Below are positions 13,079-22,406 of a DNA stretch of 64,000 nucleotides, one piece after another. The DNA is from Candidatus Omnitrophota bacterium (GTDB lineage: Bacteria > Omnitrophota > Gorgyraeia > Zapsychrales > Fredricksoniimonadaceae). Positions within the stretch are counted from its first letter, which is position 1; each line of letters opens with the position of its first letter. The DNA lies in the NCBI GenBank assembly GCA_903908245.1, contig CAIVRE010000033.1, positions 18,172 to 82,171 on the forward strand, in the 5' to 3' direction. The position numbers and the translations under genes are program-made. Below the pieces are notes generated by a model. The model was not told where the DNA came from. It did not search any database and was given only the letters and a program-made list of their open reading frames with translations.

Positions 13079-14167
13079 TTATAATCTCATAGGTAAAGCC
13101 AAATATAAATAATTTTCTTTACGAATTACACAGGGCTTGTCCGTTCCCAAAAATTCAATGTCGATCGATTCGTCATTGGTATTTTTAAGCACCTCGATCA
13201 TATATTGCGGATTGAACCCGATCACCATTTCCGGCCCGCTATGAACGATCTTGATCTCTTCGCGCGATTCTCCCACATCCGGTGTTGTTTTGGAAACGAT
13301 CAGCTTGTCCTGAAAAACCTCGAATTTGATCGCCTGAAAATCCGGCGTGGCCAGTAAATTGGCCCGGCGGATAGCCGCCAGGAATTCCTGTGTATTCAAA
13401 TTGATCTTGGGGGCTGTCATTTTCGGGATGACCTGTAAATAATTCGGAAAATCTCCTTCAATGATCCTGGTAGCGATCATGACCCCGTTAATATCGAACA
13501 ATACCTGATTGGCGCCCCCCACAAAGATCACTTCCCCGTCATCTTTTAAATTCCGGTTGATCTCGTTCACCGCCTTGATCGGCAAAATGACGGAAACGTC
13601 TTTAGTGACCGCCTGGATCAGCGGTTTTTCGATCTTGGCCAAACGCCTGCCATCTGTTGCCACCAGCCGGAGAATATCTTTTTGTACTTCCATTAAAACT
13701 CCGTTTAATACATACCGGGATTCCTCATGGGATACGGCAAATGATGTTAAACGGAACATTTCCTTGAGATCCGCCTGTTTAACACGGATGATCTCTTTAT
13801 CCTTGAATTCAGGGAATTTGGGGAATTCTTCTTTAGGCAATCCTAATAATTTGATCCGGCAATTTTTTCCTTCGATCTCGATCTGATTATTTTTACGTGC
13901 ATGAATAATAATATCTCCGGAAGGTAATTCACGGATCACCTCCGAAAATCTTTTGGCAGGGATCGTGATCGCTCCATCCGTAATAATATTGACCGGGATC
14001 TCGCAGGAAATACCAATATCAAGGTCTGTAGTATACAAACGTAAAGTATCTTTTTTTGTTTCCAGCAGCATATTGGATAAAATAGGCAATGTTGCTTTTG
14101 GAGAAACAACATTTTGAACGATCTGGATACCGCTTAACAGGTCATCTTTGGAAAGTTTCACTTGCAT
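13079..14167 (-). CDS. dnaN: DNA polymerase III beta clamp
   Basis: TLPILSNMLL, TDLDIGI, ESRYVLNGV, VATDGRRLA, IEGDFPNY, ALPMRL. Confidence 0.97.
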   Translation of the reverse strand: MQVKLSKDDLLSGIQIVQNVVSPKATLPILSNMLLETKKDTLRLYTTDLDIGISCEIPVNIITDGAITIPAKRFSEVIRELPSGDIIIHARKNNQIEIEGKNCRIKLLGLPKEEFPKFPEFKDKEIIRVKQADLKEMFRLTSFAVSHEESRYVLNGVLMEVQKDILRLVATDGRRLAKIEKPLIQAVTKDVSVILPIKAVNEINRNLKDDGEVIFVGGANQVLFDINGVMIATRIIEGDFPNYLQVIPKMTAPKINLNTQEFLAAIRRANLLATPDFQAIKFEVFQDKLIVSKTTPDVGESREEIKIVHSGPEMVIGFNPQYMIEVLKNTNDESIDIEFLGTDKPCVIRKENYLYLALPMRL

Positions 14168-14319
14168 ACGTTAACACTCCCGGTTTACTTCTATTTTTAT
14201 ATAAAAAATCAGTAATAGTAACAGTAGGCCTGTGGATAATTCTAATAAAAACAAAAACAATTGTAAATACTGTACTTAGGGACAATTGGCTTGTTACTGG
14301 AACAATAGTATCCCGTGTA
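14168..14319 (-). other. oriC: oriC unwinding region: DnaA box + GC spacer + DnaA-trios + AT-rich tract
   Basis: Minus strand reads TTATCCACA(14239-14231)-GGCC-TACTGTTACTATTACT-GATTTTTTATATAAAAAT, the same layout as the Bacillus subtilis basal unwinding system. Gene orientation switches near here. Confidence 0.85.
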
Positions 14320-15663
14320 TTACTGGTTTAATATCTGGAACAACTTTTCTATACTATATTTAATTTCAGCAGAATTGTTAATATCTTCTTCGATTTTTTT
14401 ATAAGAATGCATAACTGTTGTGTGGTCTTTTCCAAAAGCGTTGCCGATCTCCGGCAATGAATGACGGGTCAATTTCCGGATCAGATACATGGCGATCTGC
14501 CTTGGAAGCGCGATGTTTTGGGTCCGTTTCTTGGATTTCAGGTCATTGATCGTGATCTTGTAGTGTTCGGCAACAACTTGCTGGATCATTTCAACGCTGA
14601 CGATCTTGATACTGCCCTGGATCATGTCTTTTAGAACGGTTTTGGCCAGGTTCAGGGAAACCGGCTTTTCCTCTAATAAGGAGCTGGCGACCACGCGGAT
14701 CATTGCGCCTTCCAGTTCTCGGATGTTGGTTTTGATCTGTTCCGCGATAAAATAAATAATATCATCGGGGACTTTGACTTTTTCCAGTTCGGTTTTTTTA
14801 CGCAGGATCGCGACCCGTGTTTCCAGGTCCGGCGGTTGAATGTCTGTTGTCAGCCCCCAGCAGAAGCGCGTGACAAGGCGGTCTTCGATCCCTGAAAGTT
14901 CTTTGGGCGGACGGTCGGAAGAAATAATGATCTGTTTATGGTTGTTATGGAGGTCATTGAACGTATGAAAGAATTCTTCCTGCATGGTCGGGCTTTTGGA
15001 AATGAACTGGATATCATCGATCAGAAGAACGTCGATATGACGGAATTTTTTCCGGAAGGCGCCGGTGGATTTGTTCTGAATGGCGCCGATCAGCTCGTTG
15101 GCGAATTGTTCGGATGAAACATAGGCACAGGTTTTATCGTTGGTTTCAAGGATGTAGTTGGCGATGGACTGCATCAGGTGGGTTTTTCCCAGCCCGGATT
15201 GTCCGTAGATAAAAAGGGGATTATAGGCTTTGGCCGGGTCATTGGCGACCGCCCGGCTGGCCGCGTAGGCCATGCGGTTGGAATTCCCGACGACAAAATT
15301 ATTGAAGGTAAAGCGTGGCTGCAGGTTCAGCGTTCTGGTCTTTTTGGCGGCGGCGTATTCAGGGGTGCTGGCCGTTGTTACGGCGGAAGGCCTCTCCCCT
15401 GCCGCGCAGAGCAGGTCTTTTCTTATGTGGATATCAACAACAATATTCCTGCCGGTTTCTTCACGCAACGCGGCGCCAATGATATCCAGGTAATGTTCGA
15501 CCATCCAGTTCTTGAAAAATTCGTCGGGCGTGATGAGGACAAGATGGTCCTGGGCCTGTTCCGCGATATTCAGGTGAACGAACCATGTTGTATAGGCATG
15601 GTCACCTATTTTTGTTTTGATCGAAGATTGGGCATTTTGCCATGCCTGGAGCAAGCTCGTCAT
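14320..15663 (-). CDS. dnaA: Chromosomal replication initiator DnaA
   Basis: FTFNNFVVGNSN, YNPLFIYGQSGLGKTHL, LLIDDIQF, NIRELEGA, GKDHTTVMHS. Confidence 0.98.
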   Translation of the reverse strand: MTSLLQAWQNAQSSIKTKIGDHAYTTWFVHLNIAEQAQDHLVLITPDEFFKNWMVEHYLDIIGAALREETGRNIVVDIHIRKDLLCAAGERPSAVTTASTPEYAAAKKTRTLNLQPRFTFNNFVVGNSNRMAYAASRAVANDPAKAYNPLFIYGQSGLGKTHLMQSIANYILETNDKTCAYVSSEQFANELIGAIQNKSTGAFRKKFRHIDVLLIDDIQFISKSPTMQEEFFHTFNDLHNNHKQIIISSDRPPKELSGIEDRLVTRFCWGLTTDIQPPDLETRVAILRKKTELEKVKVPDDIIYFIAEQIKTNIRELEGAMIRVVASSLLEEKPVSLNLAKTVLKDMIQGSIKIVSVEMIQQVVAEHYKITINDLKSKKRTQNIALPRQIAMYLIRKLTRHSLPEIGNAFGKDHTTVMHSYKKIEEDINNSAEIKYSIEKLFQILNQ

Positions 15664-15749
15664 AGGGTCCGTCTGGGTGTGGAATACTGTAGAGATACAA
15701 ACTGTTTAAAACAAACAACTTAGGTCTTAGAGCAATTCTTCTTAACAGG

Positions 15750-15758
15750 TTATCCACA
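15750..15758 (+). promoter_or_regulatory. DnaA box upstream of dnaA
   Basis: Perfect TTATCCACA in the dnaA-rpmH intergenic region. Confidence 0.8.
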
Positions 15759-16034
15759 GCCAAGAGTTCTTATTATCATGTCCATCTTGTGCTGTATGAG
15801 GAGAATATCCGGCCTCCCCGAGAATGGTGGTCATTATAACAAAGCACTCTTTGAATGCAACTTTAATTTTTTTGGCGCTTTTCTTTTGACGGGTGTCAAG
15901 GCGGACTGGGCCTGTTTCCGGCCGCTAGAAAGCTGTCCTGTTTTTTCAGGCAAGGCCTCGTCGATTTTTTAAAAACTTTTAAGGTTGCGAAGCTTGCTTG
16001 ACTTCCCAAAAACCTATGTTATAATTTCCAAATT

Positions 16035-16172
16035 ATGAAAAAGACCTTAAAGACTCCTACAAAGATCAAGGGTAAAAAGATACACGGGTTTCGCAAGCGG
16101 ATGTCGACCGCTGACGGGCGTAAAGTCCTTCAGAGCCGTCGCGCCAAGGGCCGTAAACGTTTGACGAAGTGA
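16035..16172 (+). CDS. rpmH: 50S ribosomal protein L34
   Basis: Manual translation [45 protein letters not shown]; divergent from dnaA. Confidence 0.95.
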   Translation: MKKTLKTPTKIKGKKIHGFRKRMSTADGRKVLQSRRAKGRKRLTK

Positions 16173-16269
16173 CCCTTTGTTCGATCGGCGTATTAACATT
16201 GTTTTTTCATGTTGATAATTCCGGTCGGGCTGTTTGGCATTCGTTTAAATTAACAGGCTTTATTGGTGT

Positions 16270-16479
16270 ATGATGTGGATACTGACGCGGCTTATCTTTG
16301 TTTATCAAGGCGTAAGCCGTTTTTTTCTGCCTAAAGCCTGCCGTTTTCATCCTTCTTGTTCCCAGTATGCTGTTGAGGCGCTTCAAAAGCATGGGGTTAT
16401 TAAGGGGTTGTGGATGTCTATATGCCGCATTTGCCGTTGTTCACCGTTAACTAAAGGCGGGTATGATCCCGTAAGGTAG
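16270..16479 (+). CDS. yidD: Membrane protein insertion efficiency factor YidD
   Basis: [19 protein letters not shown]...RICRCSP...GGYDPV. Confidence 0.95.
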   Translation: MMWILTRLIFVYQGVSRFFLPKACRFHPSCSQYAVEALQKHGVIKGLWMSICRICRCSPLTKGGYDPVR

Positions 16480-16485
16480 TAATTT

Positions 16486-18075
16486 ATGGAAAAAAGACTT
16501 TTTTTAGCTGTTGGGCTTTCATTGTTGGTTGTTTTTGTTTTTCAGTCATTTTTTTCTCCAAAAAACGTCAGAGTTGCCACTGTTCAAACAACGGCTATTG
16601 GCAGTGAAGAAGGTCGTTTCCCCTCGATATCTTCGAAATTATCATCGGATGGCGCAGCTGAAAAGCTGGATTTTAAGCCGGAAACATTCTCTGTTAACGC
16701 GGGAAAGTTCAATTTTGAAGTGTCTAATAATGGTGGATCCATTACAAATATTTATTTAAATGATTATAAATATCATTTTCCTATTAAAGGTTTAGCTGAT
16801 ATTAAAGCTTTTCAGGGAATGCCGTTCTCTTATATAGATACTGGAAGCGCATCGTTTTCTTTAGTATCTAAGGATAAAAATCTGGATATTGAAAAAAGTG
16901 TTTCTGTAAAAAATTATAATATAGTCATTAAGTATAAGATCAACAATATTTCAAATGTTGTTCAAAACATTGAACTTACAGCGAAACCATTCGACATAGA
17001 TTTGTCCAGACTGGACATTAATGTTCTGAAATCAGATTGGACATTATTTGAATATTCTTTTAAAACTGACAAAAAAGTTGAAAGAAAAGAACATGTTAAT
17101 AATTTTAATGAAAAATGGAATAAAGAAGAATCAAAGATTTTTGATTGGATGGCCTTTAGAGATCGCTATTTTGTAACAATTGTAGAACCCAAAGAGTCCT
17201 TTAAAGGATATAGTTCAAAATATGTTGGAGATAAAGAGCTTTCTTTTTTAGCAACGCTGCCTTCATTAAGTATTCAGCCAGGAAAAGTAGAGGAGTATTC
17301 GTTTACGGTTTTTTGCGGACCGCAAAAGCTTGATATTTTAAAAGAAGCGAATCCTGGTTTTGAAAAAGTGATGGTTTTTAGCAGCTGGGGATGGCTGGAC
17401 ATGATCGCAAAGGGCATTTATTGGGTTTTGGGTGCAATTCATAAGATATTGCCAATTTGGGGGTTATGTATTATTTTTGTTAGTCTTCTTGTTTATGGCG
17501 CTATGTATCCGTTGACGTTAAAAAGTATGATGTCAATGAAAAAGATGCAAGCTCTTCAACCAAAAATGACACAACTTAAAGAAAAATATAAAGATAATGC
17601 TGAAAAGTTGAATAAGGAGATCGTGGAGCTTTATCGGGTTAACAATGTTAATCCGGTTAGCGGCTGTTTGCCAATGTTGCTTCAAATGCCAATATTTGTT
17701 GGTCTTTATCAAGTGTTGTGGCGCTCTATTTATTTTAGGGGAGAGCCTTTTTTGTGGATGAAAGATCTTTCTATGCCGGATCATTTGGTTAAATTTCCAA
17801 TAACTATCCCTTTTCTTGGGGAATATTTTAATTTATTACCACTTTTGATGATGGGCATTATGTTGTTGCAACAAATGATCACGATCAAGAATTCCGTCGG
17901 AGGAGATCCGGAGCAGCAGCAACAACAAAAAATGATGGCGATCTTTATGCCTATAATGCTTGGTGTTATGTTTTATAATTTCGCCAGCGGGCTTAATTTG
18001 TATTTTGTTGTTTTTTATTCCCTTTCAGCTTTGAGTCAGTGGAATATTACACGAGATATTAAAGCGACGGTTTAA
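16486..18075 (+). CDS. yidC: Membrane protein insertase YidC
   Basis: MEKRLFLA, periplasmic domain, SMKKMQALQPKM, NPVSGCLPMLLQMPIF, FLWMKDLSMPD, SGLNLYF. Confidence 0.95.
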   Translation: MEKRLFLAVGLSLLVVFVFQSFFSPKNVRVATVQTTAIGSEEGRFPSISSKLSSDGAAEKLDFKPETFSVNAGKFNFEVSNNGGSITNIYLNDYKYHFPIKGLADIKAFQGMPFSYIDTGSASFSLVSKDKNLDIEKSVSVKNYNIVIKYKINNISNVVQNIELTAKPFDIDLSRLDINVLKSDWTLFEYSFKTDKKVERKEHVNNFNEKWNKEESKIFDWMAFRDRYFVTIVEPKESFKGYSSKYVGDKELSFLATLPSLSIQPGKVEEYSFTVFCGPQKLDILKEANPGFEKVMVFSSWGWLDMIAKGIYWVLGAIHKILPIWGLCIIFVSLLVYGAMYPLTLKSMMSMKKMQALQPKMTQLKEKYKDNAEKLNKEIVELYRVNNVNPVSGCLPMLLQMPIFVGLYQVLWRSIYFRGEPFLWMKDLSMPDHLVKFPITIPFLGEYFNLLPLLMMGIMLLQQMITIKNSVGGDPEQQQQQKMMAIFMPIMLGVMFYNFASGLNLYFVVFYSLSALSQWNITRDIKATV

Positions 18076-18076
18076 A

Positions 18077-18274
18077 ATGACATTACAGCAAAAGAGTCAG
18101 GAGTTCGAAGGAAGCACCGTCGATGAGGCTATAAAAAAAGCGATCAGTTCTATGGGTGTTTCACGTGAAAATTTGAATATTAAGATCGTTTGTGAAGAAA
18201 AAAAGGGTCTTTTCGGAATGCAGGGGGCAAGTCCGGCCAAGATCAAAGTGTCAAAAAAAGAAAAAAAGAGTTAA
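18077..18274 (+). CDS. Jag/EloR N-terminal domain-only protein
   Basis: EFEGSTVDEAIKKA...IKIVCEEKKGLFG...AKIKV; stops after 65 aa with no KH or R3H domain. Confidence 0.85.
   Translation: MTLQQKSQEFEGSTVDEAIKKAISSMGVSRENLNIKIVCEEKKGLFGMQGASPAKIKVSKKEKKS
18157..18172. promoter_or_regulatory. parS: parS site (within jag-N gene)
   Basis: TGTTTCACGTGAAAAT versus consensus TGTTTCACGTGAAACA. Confidence 0.75.
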
Positions 18275-18302
18275 GTTCGTCATTATTGTGATATAGTGAT
18301 TT

Positions 18303-18318
18303 TGTTTCATGTGAAACG
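18303..18318. promoter_or_regulatory. parS: parS site upstream of parA
   Basis: TGTTTCATGTGAAACG, close to consensus and next to parAB. Confidence 0.75.
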
Positions 18319-18356
18319 ATATCAAAGCGTCAGAGATCCTGGAAGAATAGATCTTA

Positions 18357-19121
18357 ATGCCTAAAACAATCGCAATATGTAATCAAAAAGGCGGAACAGG
18401 AAAGACCACAACGTCGGTCAATCTTTCCGCTGCTTTGGCTGATCTTGGAAAGAAAATCCTTCTTGTTGATATGGACCCGCAAGGCAACGCTACAAGCGGG
18501 GTAGGTATTAATAAGAACGAGATCAACAATTCCGCATATGAAGTTCTTCTTAATAAAATCAACGCCAGACAGGCAATAGTAAAAACAGCCATTGCAGGGC
18601 TTGATCTTATTCCGTGTAATATTCATTTGACCGGAGCAGAGATCGAGCTTGTAGGCGTACTTTCTCGCGAAAACAGATTGAAAAAGGCTTTGGCCGAGAT
18701 CAAGGCAGATTATGATTTTTTGATCATGGATTCTCCGCCGTCTCTTGGGCTTTTAACGCTCAATTCATTGGTTGCCGCAGATTCGATCTTAATTCCTATT
18801 CAATGTGAGTTCTATGCTCTTGAAGGCGTCTCCCAGTTATTGAACACAATAACATTGATCCGGGATGGATTAAATCCAGGGTTAGCGGTGGAGGGGGTTT
18901 TGATGACAATGGCGGATTTTAGAACAAATTTGACCGTTGAAGTTATTAATGAAATTAAAAATTATTTTAAAGAAAAAGTATATCAGACGATCATTCCGCG
19001 CAATATTCGGTTGAGTGAAGCGCCGAGCCATGGTAAGCCGATCAATCGTTATGATAGTGTATCGATCGGGTCTAAAAAATATGCGGAGCTGGCGATTGAA
19101 TTATTAAAAAATAATATCTAA
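18357..19121 (+). CDS. parA: Chromosome partitioning ATPase ParA/Soj
   Basis: NQKGGTGKTT, DMDPQGNATSG, DSPPSLGLLT, QCEFYALEG, RLSEAPSHG. Confidence 0.96.
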   Translation: MPKTIAICNQKGGTGKTTTSVNLSAALADLGKKILLVDMDPQGNATSGVGINKNEINNSAYEVLLNKINARQAIVKTAIAGLDLIPCNIHLTGAEIELVGVLSRENRLKKALAEIKADYDFLIMDSPPSLGLLTLNSLVAADSILIPIQCEFYALEGVSQLLNTITLIRDGLNPGLAVEGVLMTMADFRTNLTVEVINEIKNYFKEKVYQTIIPRNIRLSEAPSHGKPINRYDSVSIGSKKYAELAIELLKNNI

Positions 19122-19226
19122 TTGTAATAGCTGGTTATAATGTGTAGTGGCTGGTTCTAAACCAGCCATTTAATAGCACAAAACAAACACAAGTCATTTA
19201 ATTTCAACAGTTTAAGGAAAAACAAT

Positions 19227-20102
19227 ATGGCGTTAGGCAAAGGGCTTTCAGCCCTGATCCCCGATAAAGTAAAGTCGATCGATTTGTCTGCTTCTGTTGC
19301 CCGGGTGTCTGTGGAGGGAGTATCTTTCGAACTTGAGGTCAAGAGCATTTCGGATAATCGTTTTCAGCCGCGTCAGGCGTATGATGAGTCCAGGCTTGAT
19401 GAATTAGCGGCATCGATCAAGGAAAAAGGCTTGATCCAGCCCATTGTGGTGCGCAAGGCTGCCAATGGCTATGAAGTGGTGGCGGGTGAACGTCGATTAC
19501 GGGCTGCGCGCAAGATCGGCCTTGAAAAGATCCCTGTTGTGGTGAGGGATGTGAGCGATAAAGAGGCAATGGTATTGGCGCTGGTTGAAAATATTCAGCG
19601 CGAGGAGCTTAATCCTGTGGAAAAGGCGGAAACATACCGCCGGTTGATCGACGAGTTCGGGTATAGCCAGGAAGAAGTGGCGCGCAGCGTCGGAAAAGAT
19701 CGTGTGACCATTGCGAACTTGTTGCGCCTGCTTAAGCTGCCTAAAGAAATACTGCAGGGTGTTTTTGAAGGAAAAATATCCGAAGGTCATGCCCGGGCCA
19801 TTTTGTCTGTCGAGAGCGATAATGCAAAAATGCTTTTATATCTGGAAACGGTCCAGAAAGGGTTTTCTGTCCGCGAGGTCGAGGAGCGGGCAAAAGCGGC
19901 GGTGTCACCGGGGAAGAAGGATGGGCGCAAATCAAAGCTCAAGGCCAGGGACCCGGAGGTGATGAAGCTGGAGGAAGAGCTTCGCCTTGCGTTGGGCACA
20001 AAAGTGGAAGTGATCAACAGCCGCAATAATAAAGGCCGGGTTGTTATTGAATATTATTCGCTCGATGACCTTGACCGTATTCTGGGAGTTATCAGAAAAT
20101 GA
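19227..20102 (+). CDS. parB: Chromosome partitioning protein ParB/Spo0J
   Basis: LGKGLSALIP, QPR, GLIQPIVVR, VAGERRLRAA, ENIQREELNPVE, HTH. Confidence 0.96.
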   Translation: MALGKGLSALIPDKVKSIDLSASVARVSVEGVSFELEVKSISDNRFQPRQAYDESRLDELAASIKEKGLIQPIVVRKAANGYEVVAGERRLRAARKIGLEKIPVVVRDVSDKEAMVLALVENIQREELNPVEKAETYRRLIDEFGYSQEEVARSVGKDRVTIANLLRLLKLPKEILQGVFEGKISEGHARAILSVESDNAKMLLYLETVQKGFSVREVEERAKAAVSPGKKDGRKSKLKARDPEVMKLEEELRLALGTKVEVINSRNNKGRVVIEYYSLDDLDRILGVIRK

Positions 20103-20593
20103 CCGAACATATCTTGGTGATCATTAAGCCCGACGGGATGCTCAAGGGGCACGCGGGGCATGTGCTGGCCCGGTTTGAGGAGACCGATCTTGTCCTGGTC
20201 GGGGGGCGTGTGGTTAAAGTGACCCGAACGCTTGCCGAGACCCATTACGCGCATTTGAAGGACAAGCCGTTCTTTGCGGAGCTGATCCGTTTTCTGATGG
20301 GGGAATTTCATGACAATCATGATATGGTTTTGGCCCTGGTCTTTAGCGGAGACGATGCGGTCAAACAAGGTCGCGCGATCGCCGGGGCCACGAATCCCGA
20401 GCTGGCGGAGCCGCACTCTATCCGCGGCAGCCTTGGGCGTGTGACGACCAAGGGCGTTTTCGAGAATGTGATCCACGTTTCGTCCGATCCTGTTGAGGGA
20501 GAACGGGAGATCAAGCTTTGGTTTGCGCCGGATGAGGTGGCCAGGGAGATCTTCCCGGTAAAAAACATTAATGGAAGGAAAGAGTGGTTATGA
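20099..20593 (+). CDS. ndk: Nucleoside diphosphate kinase
   Basis: LVIIKPDG, HYAHLKDKPFF, GATNPELAEPHSIRG, NVIHVSS, EREIKLWF. Confidence 0.92.
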   Translation: MTEHILVIIKPDGMLKGHAGHVLARFEETDLVLVGGRVVKVTRTLAETHYAHLKDKPFFAELIRFLMGEFHDNHDMVLALVFSGDDAVKQGRAIAGATNPELAEPHSIRGSLGRVTTKGVFENVIHVSSDPVEGEREIKLWFAPDEVAREIFPVKNINGRKEWL

Positions 20594-21411
20594 TAACAGG
20601 AATGACCGGATTTGGCTCGGCGCAATTTAATGTCGGAAAATTAAAAGGGCTGATCGAGGTGAAAAGCGTGAACCATCGTTATCTGGATATCGCTTTTTAT
20701 TTACCGACGGGATTTGGGATGGTGGAGAACAAGGTGCGGGACATGCTGGCCAAGACCCTGACGCGCGGGCGGGTGACGGTCTCTGTCCGTATTACGGACA
20801 AGCCCACTCAGGAGGTTTCGTTCAACGAGGACATGATCAAGGAGTATCTGGGTCATGCCAAAAGTATCGAGAAGAAATACAGGCTGGTGAATAATCTGAC
20901 GCTGGCGGACCTGATCGGCATGCCGGGCGTTGTTGACGTAAAAGAAGTTTTTGTGGAAGCGGCGGACATGTGGCCGTCCATAGAAAAAGGAATGATCGCT
21001 TCGTTGAAAAGCCTGAAGGCGATGCGCCAGCGTGAGGGAAAAAGCCTGGCGGCGGATATTACCGACAAGCTCAGGAAAATGTCCGCGCGTTTAAGGGGGA
21101 TCGAGAAGCGCTCCAGGGAGCTTTTGAAGGCCAAGCAGAAGGCGGTTAAGCCCGAGGAATTCGCCTCGTTCCAGAAAAGCATCGATGTCAACGAGGAGAT
21201 CGCCCGGTTCGACCATTATATCGAAGAAATGGCCAATTTGCTCAAGCTGGAAGTTCCCGTCGGAAAGAAGCTGGATTTTATTGCCCAGGAAATGCAGCGT
21301 GAAACGAATACGCTCGGATCGAAGCTTCAGGACGACCTGGTGTCGAATTCCGTGATCGCGCTCAAGAGCAAGATCGAAAAGATCCGCGAGCAGGGCAACA
21401 ACATTGAATAG
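20590..21411 (+). CDS. yicC: YicC/YloC family endoribonuclease
   Basis: MITGMTGFG, KSVNHRYLD, GKKLDFIAQEMQRETNTLGSK, EKIREQGNNIE. Confidence 0.93.
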   Translation: MITGMTGFGSAQFNVGKLKGLIEVKSVNHRYLDIAFYLPTGFGMVENKVRDMLAKTLTRGRVTVSVRITDKPTQEVSFNEDMIKEYLGHAKSIEKKYRLVNNLTLADLIGMPGVVDVKEVFVEAADMWPSIEKGMIASLKSLKAMRQREGKSLAADITDKLRKMSARLRGIEKRSRELLKAKQKAVKPEEFASFQKSIDVNEEIARFDHYIEEMANLLKLEVPVGKKLDFIAQEMQRETNTLGSKLQDDLVSNSVIALKSKIEKIREQGNNIE

Positions 21412-21425
21412 CTGACGCGTGCCGC

Positions 21426-22007
21426 ATGTTATCAGGCCACAAGAAACCCCGTATTATCATTCTTTCCGGCCCGTCGGGAGCAGGCAAGACCACGCTGCAT
21501 GACCGCTTGCTGGCTTCTTCCCGTTTTGCCGGGCGCGTGATCCGTTCGGTCTCGGCAACGACCCGAAAACCCCGCGGCACGGAACAGCAGGGCAGGGAGT
21601 ACCTGTTCCTTTCTGTCAGGATGTTCGAGTCAAGGATCCGGCGTGGTGCGTTCCTGGAGTGGGCCAGGGTTTTTGACAATTATTACGGCACGCCGATGAA
21701 AAATGTGCGGGAGAACCTGAAGAAGGGCCGCAGCGTGCTGCTGTGTATCGATGTCCAGGGCGGGCAACAGGTCAAGAAGAAGGTCCCCGAGGCGATATCT
21801 GTTTTTGTAAAGACCCCGACCATTTTGGAGCTTCGACGCAGGCTGGAGGCCAGGAAGACGGACTCAAAGGCAAGCATAGACCTGCGGCTTAAAACAGCCC
21901 GCAAGGAGTTGAAAGAGGCGCGGTTTTACGACCACGTTCTGGTCAACGATGATCTGTCGCGCGCCGGCCGGGAGCTTGAGGCCCTTGTGTCTTCGTATAT
22001 CGGCTGA
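21426..22007 (+). CDS. gmk: Guanylate kinase
   Basis: SGPSGAGKTT, SATTRKPRGTEQQGREY, FLEWARVFDNYYGT. Confidence 0.95.
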   Translation: MLSGHKKPRIIILSGPSGAGKTTLHDRLLASSRFAGRVIRSVSATTRKPRGTEQQGREYLFLSVRMFESRIRRGAFLEWARVFDNYYGTPMKNVRENLKKGRSVLLCIDVQGGQQVKKKVPEAISVFVKTPTILELRRRLEARKTDSKASIDLRLKTARKELKEARFYDHVLVNDDLSRAGRELEALVSSYIG

Positions 22008-22157
22008 TCCCCTCCATTAAGAGCATTAATTGACAACTTGCCGGTGGTGTGTTATATAAAAGCACAAATTATGAGGGATTGTTTGTATTGAGCAGAAGAA
22101 AAAGAGCAGGCAGCCCGTCAAGGCTGTGATGGTTTTTATTAATAACAGGGGGAATAA

Positions 22158-22406
22158 ATGATCTATCAGCCTATAGAAAAGCTTTTACCCAGATCGGGAT
22201 TCAGTTCGTATAAGCTTATCGCGATGGCGTTCAAGCGTGCCCAGGAATTGTCCAATGGTTCTCCCAAGCTGATCGAAGCTCCAATGATCGAAAAAGCCAC
22301 GACAACGGCATTTCGCGAGATCATTGCCGGCAAGGTGATGCTCAAGGAAGTGGCGGATGCAGAGGAAGCGGCTCTGGCAGTGGAAAAGAAAGCTAAAAAG
22401 AAGTAA
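22158..22406 (+). CDS. rpoZ: RNA polymerase omega subunit
   Basis: SSYKLIAMAFKRAQEL...KATTTAFREI; gmk-rpoZ-coaBC context. Confidence 0.9.
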   Translation: MIYQPIEKLLPRSGFSSYKLIAMAFKRAQELSNGSPKLIEAPMIEKATTTAFREIIAGKVMLKEVADAEEAALAVEKKAKKK

